Source of the DNA: Rebecca billardiae RCC1528
Lineage: Eukaryota; Protista; Haptophyta
Assembly (NCBI GenBank): GCA_965240325.2
Contig: OZ251236.1
Coordinates: forward strand, 1,240,001 to 1,304,000
DNA length: 64,000 nt
Direction: 5' to 3'
Shown here: piece by piece, positions 1 through 11,360 of the stretch
Position numbering within the stretch: the first letter of the stretch is position 1
How the letters are laid out: every line of letters starts with the position of its first letter
Position numbers and translations under genes: made by a program
Notes under the pieces: generated by a model
What the model was told of the DNA's origin: nothing
Database searches by the model: none
What the model saw: the letters and a program-made list of their open reading frames with translations, nothing else

Positions 1-432
1 CCGTGCACAGCGTTTGCGAGCGGTGGCGCGACGGCAGGGCGGACCACGTCGATCCCGACGGCTAAGAAGCGCTACTACGGCCGTGTTACGGCCGATGTGA
101 AGCAGTTCCTCGCCATGGGCGCCGCGATCCGCTCCGGCTCGGTGGACGACCCGCGCGTGGCTGACTTCTTTGCGGAGGGCGCAGACGACCTCAAGTCGGC
201 GGGCTACCTTCTCGCCGTCGCCTTCAAGATTGACGGACGCATCCCGCCGGACAAGATCCAGCAAAAGCGTAATCACGATGCCCTCATGAAGTCGCTCGAT
301 CAGCTCAGGGCGACCATTCGCGGCGGCAACGCCAAGGGTGCGGCAGATGCCTACGCTGCTGCCCTTGCCTCGATGGAGACCTACCTCGCGGGTGTCGAGC
401 TGCCGGCAACCTCGGACGCGGCGTTCCAGTGA
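1..432 (+). CDS. 5'-partial plastid/thylakoid-lumen protein, possibly Psb31/PsbQ-like helical bundle
   Basis: Frame 1 is open from base 1: ...PCTAFA|SGGATAGRTTSIPTAKKRYYGRV...YLLAVAFK... The AFA resembles a lumenal AxA cleavage site, and the mature part resembles red-lineage algal lumen proteins as I recall them. Confidence 0.45.
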   Translation, partial: PCTAFASGGATAGRTTSIPTAKKRYYGRVTADVKQFLAMGAAIRSGSVDDPRVADFFAEGADDLKSAGYLLAVAFKIDGRIPPDKIQQKRNHDALMKSLDQLRATIRGGNAKGAADAYAAALASMETYLAGVELPATSDAAFQ

Positions 433-896
433 GTGCAAGGTCTCGTGCTCACGCGTGCATCCCCCGCTGGTATCGCATGGCCCACGAGCGCGCGTACGAG
501 CATGAGAGTCGTCGTCACTTGGCCCTCACTTCTGATACTCTCAGGCCGGGAGTAGCTTTGGACGCTGTGCCAACGGCGGCACGGCGGCGTCCACGCCGTC
601 GCGGCCCGCGGGCGTCCGAGGGCACTCGGGCCCGTCTCAGACTCAGCGGTCAGCGCCCGGCTGGCTGACCGCGGCGGGCCCTGAGGCCAACTGGTGGCGG
701 CATTCTGATGATGCGCGCGTATTGCAGCCGCCGCCAGCTGGCATCGTCGGCACTAGCCGATAATCAGCACTGGCCCACTGCCATTCTGGCATTCGGTTGG
801 CTTCTGCCCGGCCATGTGGCATGTCAATAATGACGAATAATAAGAAATGCGGGCGTTGACCACTATGGGGGTAACTATGGAACTTGACCGGCGGCG

Positions 897-1637
897 ATGG
901 CGTCGCCGAGTAGGGTGGTCATATATGGGTCGTCAACGTCACGAGTGTGCAAGGTGCTGTGGGCGCTGCGTGAGGCAAATGTCTCCTTCGAGCGCATTGC
1001 CCGACCGCCCTGGGAGTTACGCGCCGAGAAGTCATACCTCCGCCTCAACCCCAAGGGCACTGTGCCGACAGCTGTGTTCTCCTTCGATGACGCACGCGGC
1101 GACGTAGTCCTGAACGAATCGAATACGATTGTGAGCTATGTTGCGCATCGACTGAGTGCCGATCTCTATCCTTCCAACCCAGAGACGCTTGCGCGAGCGT
1201 GGCAGTGGATGGAGTGGGCCGAGTCGTCAGCCTCGTCCAAGGTCTCGCCCATCTTTCTCGGCCTCGTGCGAGGCGTGGGCTATCCGCCCACCCCGGGCTC
1301 GAAAGCGAGCATCGAGCGCGACGGTGCAGGCATCCTCACGCACGTCAACGGCGCGAGCGTGCGAAAGTGCCTTGACGTCTGGGAGACGCTCGAGCATGAG
1401 CTCGGCAGTTCGGAGCAGGTGGGCAAGTACATGCAGGGAGATGCTCTCACAATGGCGGACATACCTTTGGGCGTACTGGCCGCACGGATGTTCAGCATGC
1501 CACAGGAGGAGCTCGGGTGGGACCCTGCAAAGGCCTTCCCGTCCACGCGCAAGTGGTACGAGCGCCTGATGCAACGCGAGGCGTACCGAGAGTGCGTCCT
1601 GCCGTGCGCACAGCCTCCGCGGCGCCCTAGTGCGTAA
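897..1637 (+). CDS. Glutathione S-transferase family protein
   Basis: Intronless 246-aa ORF with GST motifs KVLWALRE, LNPKGTVP, LNESNTI, QWMEW, LTMADI, WYERLMQR. Confidence 0.85.
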   Translation: MASPSRVVIYGSSTSRVCKVLWALREANVSFERIARPPWELRAEKSYLRLNPKGTVPTAVFSFDDARGDVVLNESNTIVSYVAHRLSADLYPSNPETLARAWQWMEWAESSASSKVSPIFLGLVRGVGYPPTPGSKASIERDGAGILTHVNGASVRKCLDVWETLEHELGSSEQVGKYMQGDALTMADIPLGVLAARMFSMPQEELGWDPAKAFPSTRKWYERLMQREAYRECVLPCAQPPRRPSA

Positions 1638-1902
1638 GTGCCTTAGTGCGGCCGCCGACGACGCGGTTGATGCATTCTGCGGGGCTGCTGGCAACGACTG
1701 ATGAGTACGCTCACATCTGGGCCGCACAAAGCGCTATGTATACCAGCGAGTCGGCATCGTCTCGCGCCGCGACGAGGGCTGCTGCAGGTTAGACTATATA
1801 TATATACGGTGATTACTCCCGTGTGTCAGTGTGTATGTGCCGTGAGTGAGTGATAAGAGTATATATATTGTCGGTATATAACGCATATATATTATATTAA
1901 TA

Positions 1903-3690
1903 TTACGCGGGCACCCCCTCGACTGCAGCGTCGAACTCTACTGACGAGCTGCTGCGCCTGCTGCGAGCGCTGCCAGGCCCAGCGCCCCGGGCAGGGGGCC
2001 CGGTCGTCGCTCCCCCTGCGCCGTAGTCGGCGCCATTGCCAGTGTAATCGGACCGCTCGTCATGACCATCGAGCTCGACGATCCGCAGCACCCAGCTCGA
2101 CATCTCCTCGCCGTCGCCAATGTCGGTGTCATGGAGGACGACAGCGCTCCCGCTGCTGACGAGGCCTATCCGCTTGATCTCCGCGAGCGCGGCGTCGATC
2201 ACGTCTTGCGGGCGCGGCGGGGACGGGGCCGCGCCGCCGATCTCGAGGCCGGCAGCGGGCGCGCCCCAAGGCACGACGATAGGCACGACACCGCGCAGCA
2301 GCGCACACTGCCTCGCGATGCTCTCGCTCGCGCACGCTGCCACGATAGGCACGGCGCCTGGCCGATACTTGGCCACGAGCCGCGGCGCGTCGCCCGTCTC
2401 GGTGACGACGAGCAGCACCGCCGCCTGCTGATCAAAGGCTGCGCGCGCCGCGGCCGCAGCCACCGCCTCGATCGACGGCGCTGGCCTCGGCATGATGGCA
2501 AGCTGCCGCATCGCGGTCGTGCCCTCGTCCGAGACCGCCTCCGCCTCGCGCGCGATCTCATCCATCACGCGCACCGCCTCAAGCGGCCACTTCCCCTTCG
2601 CGGTCTCCCCGGAGAGCATGACCGCGTCGGCGCCGTCGAGCACGGCGTTGGCGGTGTCGCTCACCTCCGCGCGCGTGGGGCGCGGGTTCGCCACCATCGA
2701 CTCGAGCATCTGCGTGGCGCAGATCACCGGCTTGCCTGCGAGCAGGCACTTGTCGATGATCATCTTCTGCGCGACGAAGACCTTCGGCGCGGGTAGCTCG
2801 ATGCCCAGGTCGCCGCGCGCGACCATCACGCCGTCAGCCGCGCGCAGGATCTCGTCAAACGCGCGCACGCCCTGCACGTTCTCAATCTTGGCAATCAGCT
2901 TGGCGCTCGAGGGGCCGAGCACCGCGCGCAGCGCCTCGATGTCCGCGCCCGAGCGCACGAACGAGGCGAACACGAAGTCGACGCCGTGCGCGCGGCCGAA
3001 GCGGATGTCGCGCGCGTCCTTCTCGCTCACCGCTGGCATCGTCGTGTCCGTCCCGGGCAGGTTGACGCCCTTGCGCTCGCCGAGCTCGCCATCGTTGCGC
3101 GCGCGCGCGCGCACCCAGCCGCTGCCCGTGTCGATCACCTCAAACTCGAGAAGGCCATCGTCGACGAGCATGAGGGAGCCCGGGCGCAGCGCACATCCGA
3201 TGCCGGCGTAGTCGACGTACACGCTCCGCTCGTCCCCCGCCATCCTGAGCGCCTCGTCCGCTGAGAAGAGCACCGTCGAGCCCGCGCGCACGAGCAGCGT
3301 CTGCAGCGGGTTGCCCGCCGGCGTGCCGCTCGCAAACATGCCGGTGCGGATCTCGGGGCCGCTCGTATCGAGCGCGATGGCCACGTCGCTACGGCCCAAA
3401 CGCCTCTGCACGGTGCGCACCATGTCGATCGTGCGCGCGTGCTGCTCGTGCGAGCCGTGTGAGAAGTTGAGGCGCGCGACGTTCATGCCGGCGCAGATCA
3501 GGCCGTCGACGAGCGCCTCGTCCGCCTTCGGCCCGAGCGTGGCGATGATCTTGCTGCGCCGACCGAAGCGCTCGAGCTCGCCGCGCGCTGGGGGCAAGGT
3601 CGTCGCCAGCCTCTGCAGCCGCGACAGGTACTCCACGACCTGCGCGCGCGCACCGGCCGCTCCACTGACACTACGGGCCATGCCCGCCAT
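1903..3690 (-). CDS. PYK: Pyruvate kinase
   Basis: Motifs SKIIATLGP, GMNVARLNFSHG, LDTSGPEIRTG, IAKIEN, DGVMVARGDLG, ATQMLESM, PTRAEVSD, VMLSGETAKG. First ATG at 3690 (alternative 3681); no introns. Confidence 0.96.
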   Translation of the reverse strand: MAGMARSVSGAAGARAQVVEYLSRLQRLATTLPPARGELERFGRRSKIIATLGPKADEALVDGLICAGMNVARLNFSHGSHEQHARTIDMVRTVQRRLGRSDVAIALDTSGPEIRTGMFASGTPAGNPLQTLLVRAGSTVLFSADEALRMAGDERSVYVDYAGIGCALRPGSLMLVDDGLLEFEVIDTGSGWVRARARNDGELGERKGVNLPGTDTTMPAVSEKDARDIRFGRAHGVDFVFASFVRSGADIEALRAVLGPSSAKLIAKIENVQGVRAFDEILRAADGVMVARGDLGIELPAPKVFVAQKMIIDKCLLAGKPVICATQMLESMVANPRPTRAEVSDTANAVLDGADAVMLSGETAKGKWPLEAVRVMDEIAREAEAVSDEGTTAMRQLAIMPRPAPSIEAVAAAAARAAFDQQAAVLLVVTETGDAPRLVAKYRPGAVPIVAACASESIARQCALLRGVVPIVVPWGAPAAGLEIGGAAPSPPRPQDVIDAALAEIKRIGLVSSGSAVVLHDTDIGDGEEMSSWVLRIVELDGHDERSDYTGNGADYGAGGATTGPPARGAGPGSARSRRSSSSVEFDAAVEGVPA

Positions 3691-3839
3691 TAGGTTGATA
3701 TTTGTGATGCGATGCGCCGCTGCCCGCACGGGACGGCCTCGGTCCGGACAGCCGGAACCCGGACTGACTGGCCGGCGACGGCTCGGCCACGCGAAGGCGA
3801 GGAGCAGCAAGGCGTCATCGTCATCAGTGACAGGTCACC

Positions 3840-4365
3840 ATGAAGCTCGCGGTGGCCCTGGTTTGCGCGACGCTCGCGGTGGCATCGGGCTTCACGATGA
3901 CCCCTGCTGCCCCAGTCTCGCACACCGTGCGCTCGAGCCGGCTCTTGACAGCCTCGGCTGACAGCGCGATCTCGATGCGCTGCCGCACGAACACGAAGCG
4001 CGAAAAGTTCTTCCGCAACCTCGAGGTGCGTGGGCGTGGCTCACGCATCGCCGGCGCGCTGGCCACTGCGTGCCCGTGGCGCTCTCGCGTGCCAAACGGT
4101 TGCCCGTCGCCGCACGCACCGGCCCAACCCCGCCCGACGCCCGTCACCCGCCCCTGCCGACCCCGCCTGGCATGCGTCGCCCGCCCACGCGCAGAACGCC
4201 AAGCGCTTCCGGAAGTCGTCGTGGAAGCCGTACAAATCGAACAAGGGGGAGTCCGAGGAGGATACTTCGTACATCGCGACGATCTACGTCGCCACGGATG
4301 CTTCGGGTGAGGCCATCGAGAGCGCGGAGGGAGCAGCTGAGGTGGCGGAGGGCGCGGCTGCGTAA
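3840..4365 (+). CDS. Small plastid-targeted basic protein (2 exons: 3840-4025, 4195-4365)
   Basis: Signal peptide MKLAVALVCATLAVASG|F plus a Ser/Arg-rich transit peptide. A GT-AG intron at 4026-4194 joins ...EKFFRNLE to NAKRFRKSSWKPYK in frame. Confidence 0.7.
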
Positions 4366-5052
4366 GCAGGCTTCCTACTCCACTCCGTGCGGCCATTGCT
4401 CGCAGCGCGGGCGGGCGTCTTCACGGCTGGAGATCGAGCTGGGAGGTGCCGCGCAACGTCCGATCGCACTCGCAACAGGCGTGGCAGGCACGCGTGCCTG
4501 CATGCCCTTCAAAAGCTCGCAGCAGCCATCACTCATCAGCCCATTTGTCGATTTGAGGCATTCGACCGCACCGTCAGCCGACAGCCCGTTCACGTTGCAC
4601 TAGCGTTGCAGCACCGTCAGGCTGCGTCTAGTAACTCAACCGCGCGCAGGTTCTGTGGTACCTGTGCAGGCACCTGCCGCTGGCGCTTGCCGCCGCCGAT
4701 CATCCAGGAAAGTAATATAGCAGGAATAAATCTGAAACTGCTGATGATTTAATATTTAAAAATTTAATATATATATATTACGAAATTATTATCAATTTAA
4801 TACGTCGCGGAAGGTACTTCAGTGAGCGGCGGCGCCGCGGACGGCGAGTGGCGCCTTCGGCCTTGCCCTGGCAGACGGTGGCGCCGAGCCCGAGTGGCCG
4901 CCGGCATCACTCGGACCCAGCACTGATGGTGCCACTGCCAGCACGGCCAGTCGGCGCAGTGCGGAGTGCCGCGCTGAGTCGGCGGGAGCGGCAGGCTGGC
5001 AGCGTGTCATTCGGGCCGCAGCGGTGTGAAGCCTCCGCAAGCCTCCGCAGAC

Positions 5053-7513
5053 TCACGCGACAGACACGTCGACATGCACGTCGTCCTCCCCCTCGGCGAG
5101 CGGGTGCGGCTGCGCCGGTCCGGCGAGCAGCGGCGCCTCTCGCGCGTCCTCCACGCCCGAGTCGACGAGGTTGGTCACGTCCGTCACCAGCGCCCACAAA
5201 TACGGCGTGAAGAACTCCTCGGCGTCGTCCTCCTGCTCGTACGTGAAGCGCAGCTCGTCGAGCTGCCGCAGCGCGCTCGGCCTCCACTCGCGCGCGGCCT
5301 CGTCGATCGCCGCCATCACCTTCTCCACGGTGAGCACGGCGGTGGCGCTGTCGGTGGCCGCCTGCGCGTCCGCCACCGTCGTCGGCAGCGTGGCCTCGCC
5401 CGTCGGCCGCGCGCCGCCTGCGCCGCCGTGCGCAGAGACGCGCGCGTCAAAGTGCGCGAGCACCGCCTGCACGTTGGCGAGCGCGTCGCCCAGCAGCGCG
5501 TGCGCCGCGCTCGGCTCGGTGAAGAGCTGCTGCCGCTCGAGCAGCGAGTACACCAGGTGCGCGTTGAGCGCGAGGCTCGGCCCACTGCGCGCGGCGCGGG
5601 CGCGGGCCCAACCAGCCGCGGCGGCGCGCGCGCGCGTGCGAGTGAGCGGCGCGCGTGAGCGGCTGCTGTCGCGGCGCACGCGGCTGCGCGCACCTCAGCG
5701 CCGCGTTGATGATCTCGAGCGAGATGCGCATCGCGTCGGTGCACGCGCTCTGCTCCGCGTTGAGCTGCGTGAGCTCGACCGCCGTCTCGCCGGCCGAGAT
5801 CACCACGTCGCCCGCCGCCACCGCCGCGCGCTGCTCCTCCAGCAGCTCCTCCGCGCGCGCGCCCAGCTTGGCCTGGCGCTTGGCCAGCCGCGCATACAGG
5901 TTGATGAGCGACAGTGCGGCGTACGGGTGCAGCGCGCGGTACGAGCCCGCCATGTTGGCGAGCGCGGCGAGGCAGTTGGTCGAGACGTACGGGTCGCGCC
6001 GCGCGCTCGAGTTGAGGTTGGCGTGCACGAGCCGGCACAGCACGCACACCGCGAGCGAGCCCACCGAGATCTGGCCGAGGATGCGCTCGCGGAACCACGG
6101 CACGCGCGGCAGCTGCATCGCAAACGCCGCGCCCACAAACGCGCCGTCCTGCGAGAGGATGAGCAGCACGATGAGCAGCATGTACATGCGCGCGGGCGGC
6201 GGCGCCTTCGCCGTCGCCGTGCCGTACACGCCGCGCAGCAGCGGCATGAGCAGCAGGTCCGCATCCGTGCGCGTGAGCACGTACCGCAGGAAGGGCCGGT
6301 TCGTGTGCAGCAGGTGGTACAGCAGGAGCACCGACGGCTCCGAGGGCAGCTGCGCGCACAGCACGTCGTACAGCGACTGGTAGTCGATCGCGCACGCGGG
6401 CGGGCCCGGCGCGCCGCCGGCGCCCTCGATGTCCGCCGCTCCGCCCGGCGCGGCGGCGAGCGCGGAGATCGACGCGTCGTCGGCGACGAGCGCGAGCGTC
6501 TCGGCCGCGCGCGTGCGCGCGGCAAAGCCGACGAGCGGGCGCAGCGCCGCGGGCATGTCCTGCGCGAGCACGAGCAGCAGGCAGAGCGAGGAGGAGTGCA
6601 GCGTGGGCGGCTGCGTCGGCTCGCCGGGCGTCGTGAAGAGGAGCGCGAGCAGCTGGCGCGGCAGGTAGAGCACCGCTGGGAGGATGCGCCAGCCGCCGCC
6701 GCCGTCAGCGTGCGCGGCGGCGGCGCGGCCGGCGCCGCCCTCGGCGCCGCCGCCCTCGGCGCCGCCGGCGTCGTTGGCGCCCTTGGCGCGGCCGGGCGAG
6801 CCGGCGTCGGGCGTCTCCGCCGCGCGAGGCACGTACACGTCGCGCGCCGAGGGCGGCGGCGGCGGCGCGCGCACGTGGTGCGCGAGCAGCGCGTGCGCGA
6901 GCTCGGCGGAGCGATAGGGCGAGCAGAGCGAGCACGCGAGCATCGGGATGGGCGGCGCGTCGAGCGGCGCGTACATCTGCGCGGAGAGGAGCGTGAGGGC
7001 GAGCAGGCAGACCTCGGTCAGCAGGGCGAGCGTGCCCGCGCGGCGCTCGATCCCGATGATCGCGTCCACCAGCGCGCGGTACGCCTCGCCCGCGAGCCCG
7101 CCGTCCGCGTCGTCCGTCGCCTCGGAAGGGCGCATCAGGTGCGCCGTCCGGAACGCGTCCATGTCAGGCGCGACCCGCATCAGGTAGCGCAGGAAGATGC
7201 GCGTGACGAAGAGCGCGTTGGCTGCAATCGCCGCCTCCTCGTCCGTGAGCACCTCGCGCGGGGCCGCGGTGGCGTCGCTCAGCCGCTTGATGGCGCGCCG
7301 CATCAGCTTCTGAAAGTTGCACGTGTGCGGGTTGTTCGCCGCGAGCTGCGAGCAGAGGCCCTCGAGGATCTCGTCCGAGTGCGAGACGTGCTCCGCGCCG
7401 ATGCGCGCCGAGAGCATCTGCTCGAACAGCGGGTCATCGTCGGGGAGCGCCTCGAGGCCGACGAACGGGTCCAGCGCGAAGATGGCCGTCTCGCTGCTAG
7501 AGCTGTTCCCCAT
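5053..7513 (-). CDS. DYM: Dymeclin (2 exons; intron 5585-5693)
   Basis: MGNSSS myristoylation start; motifs NNPHTCNF, YMLLIVLLILSQD, RDPYVSTNCLAALANM, LEIINAAL, NAHLVYSLL, LRFTYEQEDDAEEFFTPYLW. A phase-2 GT-AG intron restores the frame. Confidence 0.9.
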
Positions 7514-7632
7514 GCTGGCGAGGGGAGAGCGGAGGTGGATGATGCCAAGTCGCAAGACTCGGCGCGGCGGTCCGGTAGCAGCGCGCGGAAGCTCCGGAGT
7601 CCCGGACACTACTACCATCAAGGTCTGGAGCT

Positions 7633-8241
7633 TATGGAGCGCTCGTTGGAACTTGAGCGGGGGTGGAACTTGACACCGCATTTCCCAGCGAAGTGCCCCA
7701 TCTCGGCGGGGCTGGCACGGTCGGCACACGCTCCTGAGCGCTCGCTTCGCGGTGCGGCAGGCCTTGGGCAGCCCAGACAGACATGCCGCGACCGAATTAC
7801 CGGGCCATGCGCGCACCACACCCGCGCTACATGGCCTGCGCGCTGGACGACTGAGAGGCAACGCCGAACCACTGCATTCCACTGCCCCGCATGCACCCCG
7901 AGTCACCTTCAGAGGGCGTCGACGAGCGCAGAGCGGGTGCGTGGGAGTTCGACCAACTCGTGTACCTTCTTACAAGCACCAGCGGCGAGGTCGCAAGCCG
8001 AACCTTGACCAGCCGTGGAACTTGAGCTGGTCGGCAGCAAAACCACCGTTTAACCCGGATCAAGTTAGCAGCGTGCGAGGAGGAGGCGCGGTGCGCGTCC
8101 GCGGCTGGCGAGAGGCGTCCGGACCGTGCCGTTCTCGGCCGCGCCCGCGCGCTTCCCGCCGCCGCAGGCCCCGTGTACGCCCGTCGTCGCCCTCGCCGCG
8201 CGGGCGCCAAACCGGCGTCAAGTTCCAACGAGCGCTCCATA
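7633..8241. mobile_element. Non-autonomous TIR element (MITE-like) with probable TA target-site duplication
   Basis: Perfect 24-bp inverted repeat TATGGAGCGCTCGTTGGAACTTGA (7633-7656) / TCAAGTTCCAACGAGCGCTCCATA (8218-8241). TGGAACTTGA recurs at ~7664 and ~8016. No transposase ORF. Confidence 0.8.
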
Positions 8242-8434
8242 CTACTTTCACAGCGGAAACACTGTCGACGAGACGAATGCGAACGACATTGAATGCTGAT
8301 ATGCTTTTTGCGCCTTTTAGTTTTTAGTGGCCAGCGCATGCAGTCAGCTACAGAACTTACGACACAAAACCGTATTACAGTGACTACAGCAGTACTGCTG
8401 TAGCCTGTAGGTCTCAGACCGGGCCCAGCGAGAC

Positions 8435-10613
8435 TCATAGCATTGTCTGCGGACTACGAGCTCCGGCACGACCACCAGGGCCACGCGGCGGTCTCTGCGG
8501 CACTGAGGGACCGCCGGCAGAGCGAGAGGCAGCAGCGGCCACGCCAGAGTCGCCGTGCCGGCCCGCATCCGCGGCTCGACCTCCAGATCCGCTCGTCATC
8601 ACGCCATCGCGCTCTGAGACCGAGTCCGAGCGTGGCAGTCCGATGTGGTGCGCGGAGGCCATCCGTTCCGACGGCGCGTCGTGCCCGAGCGCCGCTTGGC
8701 CCTCGTCGTGGTGCCCGAGCTTGACGTGCATGAGCTGCCCGACGTAGTCGTGCAGCGTGTGCTCCGCCTCGTGCGCGGGGTCCACGCGCTTGCACTCGCC
8801 CAGGATGGCGCGCAGCGCGCTGTTGAAGTGGTCGGCCCCGCCAAAGCTGCCCTCGATGATGGCGCGCAGGTGGCGCTGGTCTTCCTCGTGCGCGCACTCC
8901 GCCCGGCGCACGTCGACGCCGGGCAGCGCGGCGTCGAGCGGCAGCGCGGCGCCGTCGTCCCCGCGTTGCGCCATCATCAGCGTCATCGAGGCGGCTGAGC
9001 CGCCCATCTCCACGTACACGTACAGCTCGACCAGGCACCCTGATGCGGCGCCCAGGGAGGAGGGCGGAAGGGGCGGCGCACACGGGGCGGTCGGCCTCGC
9101 GCGCGCGGCGTGCGCGCCGCGCGCGGGAGCGACGCCGCGCGCGCCGCGCCGCGCCGCGCCGGCTCGAGGAGCGCCCGCGCGCGCACAGAGCCGGCTCAGG
9201 TACGTGTCCCCGCAGATGGCGACGCACTCCTGGCACGCGGCCACCCACACGGGCAGGCACTCGAGGCTCTCCGCGATCGACGACTGGTTGATCGAGAAGC
9301 GGTCGAGCCAGACGAGGGGCTCGCGGCCGTGCTCGCGCACGAAGCGGCGGCGCCAGGCCTGCAGCTGCGTCCACTTGCGATGCGGCGAGTCGTGCCAGCT
9401 GCGGGCGGGAGCGCCGCCGCGGCCACGGGCGCAGCACGGCGCGCGGGGGAGGGAGGCAGACTCAGGCAGGGCGCGCGCGCGTTTGCATGCACGCGTCGCG
9501 CGCGCGGGCTCGCGCGCCGCGGGAGCGCAGTCCGCGGCGCCCGCACGGCGCGCCGACGCGCGCGCACGAGTGGGAGATGAAGGCATCCGCTGCGCCCAGC
9601 GCCGTCGGCCGCGTGAGCGCGTGCAGCGCGGGGTCAGGCTCGTTCGAGCTGAGGTGCTCGTAGCTGACGCGCGCGAGCGAGACGCATCGGAAGAGCCGCG
9701 CCGCCTTTGCCGCGACCACGTCCGGCGTGGAGGCGGAGAGGAGGCTGCCGATCCCGGCGGCGGTGCGCACGGCCTCGCTGCGGCTCGCGAGCCACGCCTG
9801 CGCGTACGCGGGCACGCGCGGGTCGTACAGCATCGCCCCGACCCCGATGAGCTGCAGCGCGTTCACCTGGTGCGTCACGTCCCAGATCAGAGGCAGCGCT
9901 GGGTGCAGCAGCAGCGACGCGCCAAACCAGAGCTCGGCGTGCACGCCGAGCAGCAGGAAGGTGACGCCGATGACGTGGAGCAGCCGCTCCAGCCGGAGCC
10001 GCGCGGGCATCTCCGCGCGCGCGGACGGCGCGAGCACCCACGTGGCGCACGCCACCACCAGCCCGCAGAAGGCGAAGAGCTCAGCGAGCAGCACGCTGCA
10101 GCGGCACGGCACGCGCGCCTCGAGCATCAGGTCGACGCAGGTGCCGTGGCGAGGCTGAGCGATCGCGCCGATGTACGCGACCTCAGCCGCATAGACGAGC
10201 GCGAACGTGACCCCGAGCCCAAGCGACAGGAAGACCGCGCCACGCACCATCCGCGGCTGCGCGGGAGTGAGTGACAGCAACACGATTGTCAAGCCGAGCT
10301 GGTTGATCGTCGGGCCGACGAGCTGCGTGGCGAAGACATTGTGCACCGAGAAGTTCGCCAAGTGCAGGACGACGACAAAGGACACCACGCAGATCGCGGC
10401 GCCCACCACGCGCAGAGGCAGCACGACCGCATAGTGGAAGGCGCGGCCTGCTGAGTGCAGCTCACCGAGGTGCGCGCGGATATGCTCGGCGTCGAGCGGA
10501 GCGTCGCCGACACAAATGGCGCCCGAGCTACGCGATCCGGGGGCCTGGCGAAGGCTTGTCAGCTGCGGCTCCAGGCGCTGCGTTCGCGACTTCGACGAGC
10601 ACGCGGCGCCCAT
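8435..10613 (-). CDS. Multi-pass membrane protein with C-terminal TIR-like domain (3 exons; introns 9399-9567, 9040-9186)
   Basis: About 6 hydrophobic segments. Splicing at canonical GT-AG sites yields DAFISHSWHD...VWLDRFSINQ...CLPVWVAAC...VAICGDTYLSRLWCLVEL, matching the TIR betaA/betaB/betaC-alphaC pattern. Confidence 0.75.
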
Positions 10614-11360
10614 CCTGCCGTCTCTCCTGGGATGCGCAGTGTTTCATCGACCTCATCAAATCAAGCTGCACCGGCAGGTCGGGCCTGGATTTCTTTGCTG
10701 GCAAGGCCCGCAAGGGTGGGCCTGATACACGATTGGGTGCATCAGTCTTGGCCATGTCTTCCAGCGCCTCGCGTTCGCGAGGCGTGCCCGAAACAGCTAC
10801 ACACTCACCGGTGCCCTGGGGCACCGGCGCAACCCGCATCCAACACTCCGCATATCGCAGACACGACATATCCACCCGCGCTTGCACACGCACGCCCCCC
10901 CCCCGCCTGCTTGCTGACCATGAAAGGACTGGCCCCGGGTGCGGACGCCAAGCGCATGCTCATCCCGACACGACGGCGAACACCTGCGGTGTGCCTGTGC
11001 GGAGGCACTGGGGAGCGACACGCGGAGTGTGGGCCGCCCTCCTTCCTGAGCAGCGCCCGGCCCTCAGGTGGAGACCGCGCCCGTCCCGGCCTCCCCGCGG
11101 CGGCCGCGAGCCCCCCCCCCCCCCCCCCCCTTTTCCCCATCCTGCCCGTTTCGCGACAAACCCCTCTCCCCCCGAAACGCACGACGGGCCGCCGTGGTCC
11201 GGGGGACCGGCGGGGCCACTCCGGACCTGGGTTTTGAAATTTGATTTCAACCCCGCGCGCCGAAATGCCTTTGGCACCAGCACCGACCTCGCTCGCACCG
11301 CAGTGCTTCCGCACCCGCCCCCCGGCCCTCCGCAGCCCCGCGCCCGCCACACCGGCCACC

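Noticed and set aside
5171-8008. 945-aa plus-strand ORF and the N-terminal extension of the dymeclin ORF to 7906
   Set aside because: Shadow of dymeclin; the extension runs through the MITE, and the conserved MGNSS start is at 7513.
10720-10800. Hammerhead ribozyme near CGAAAC
   Set aside because: The required CUGANGA core is absent (CTGATAC); other CTGATGA sites in the window lack a properly placed GAAA.
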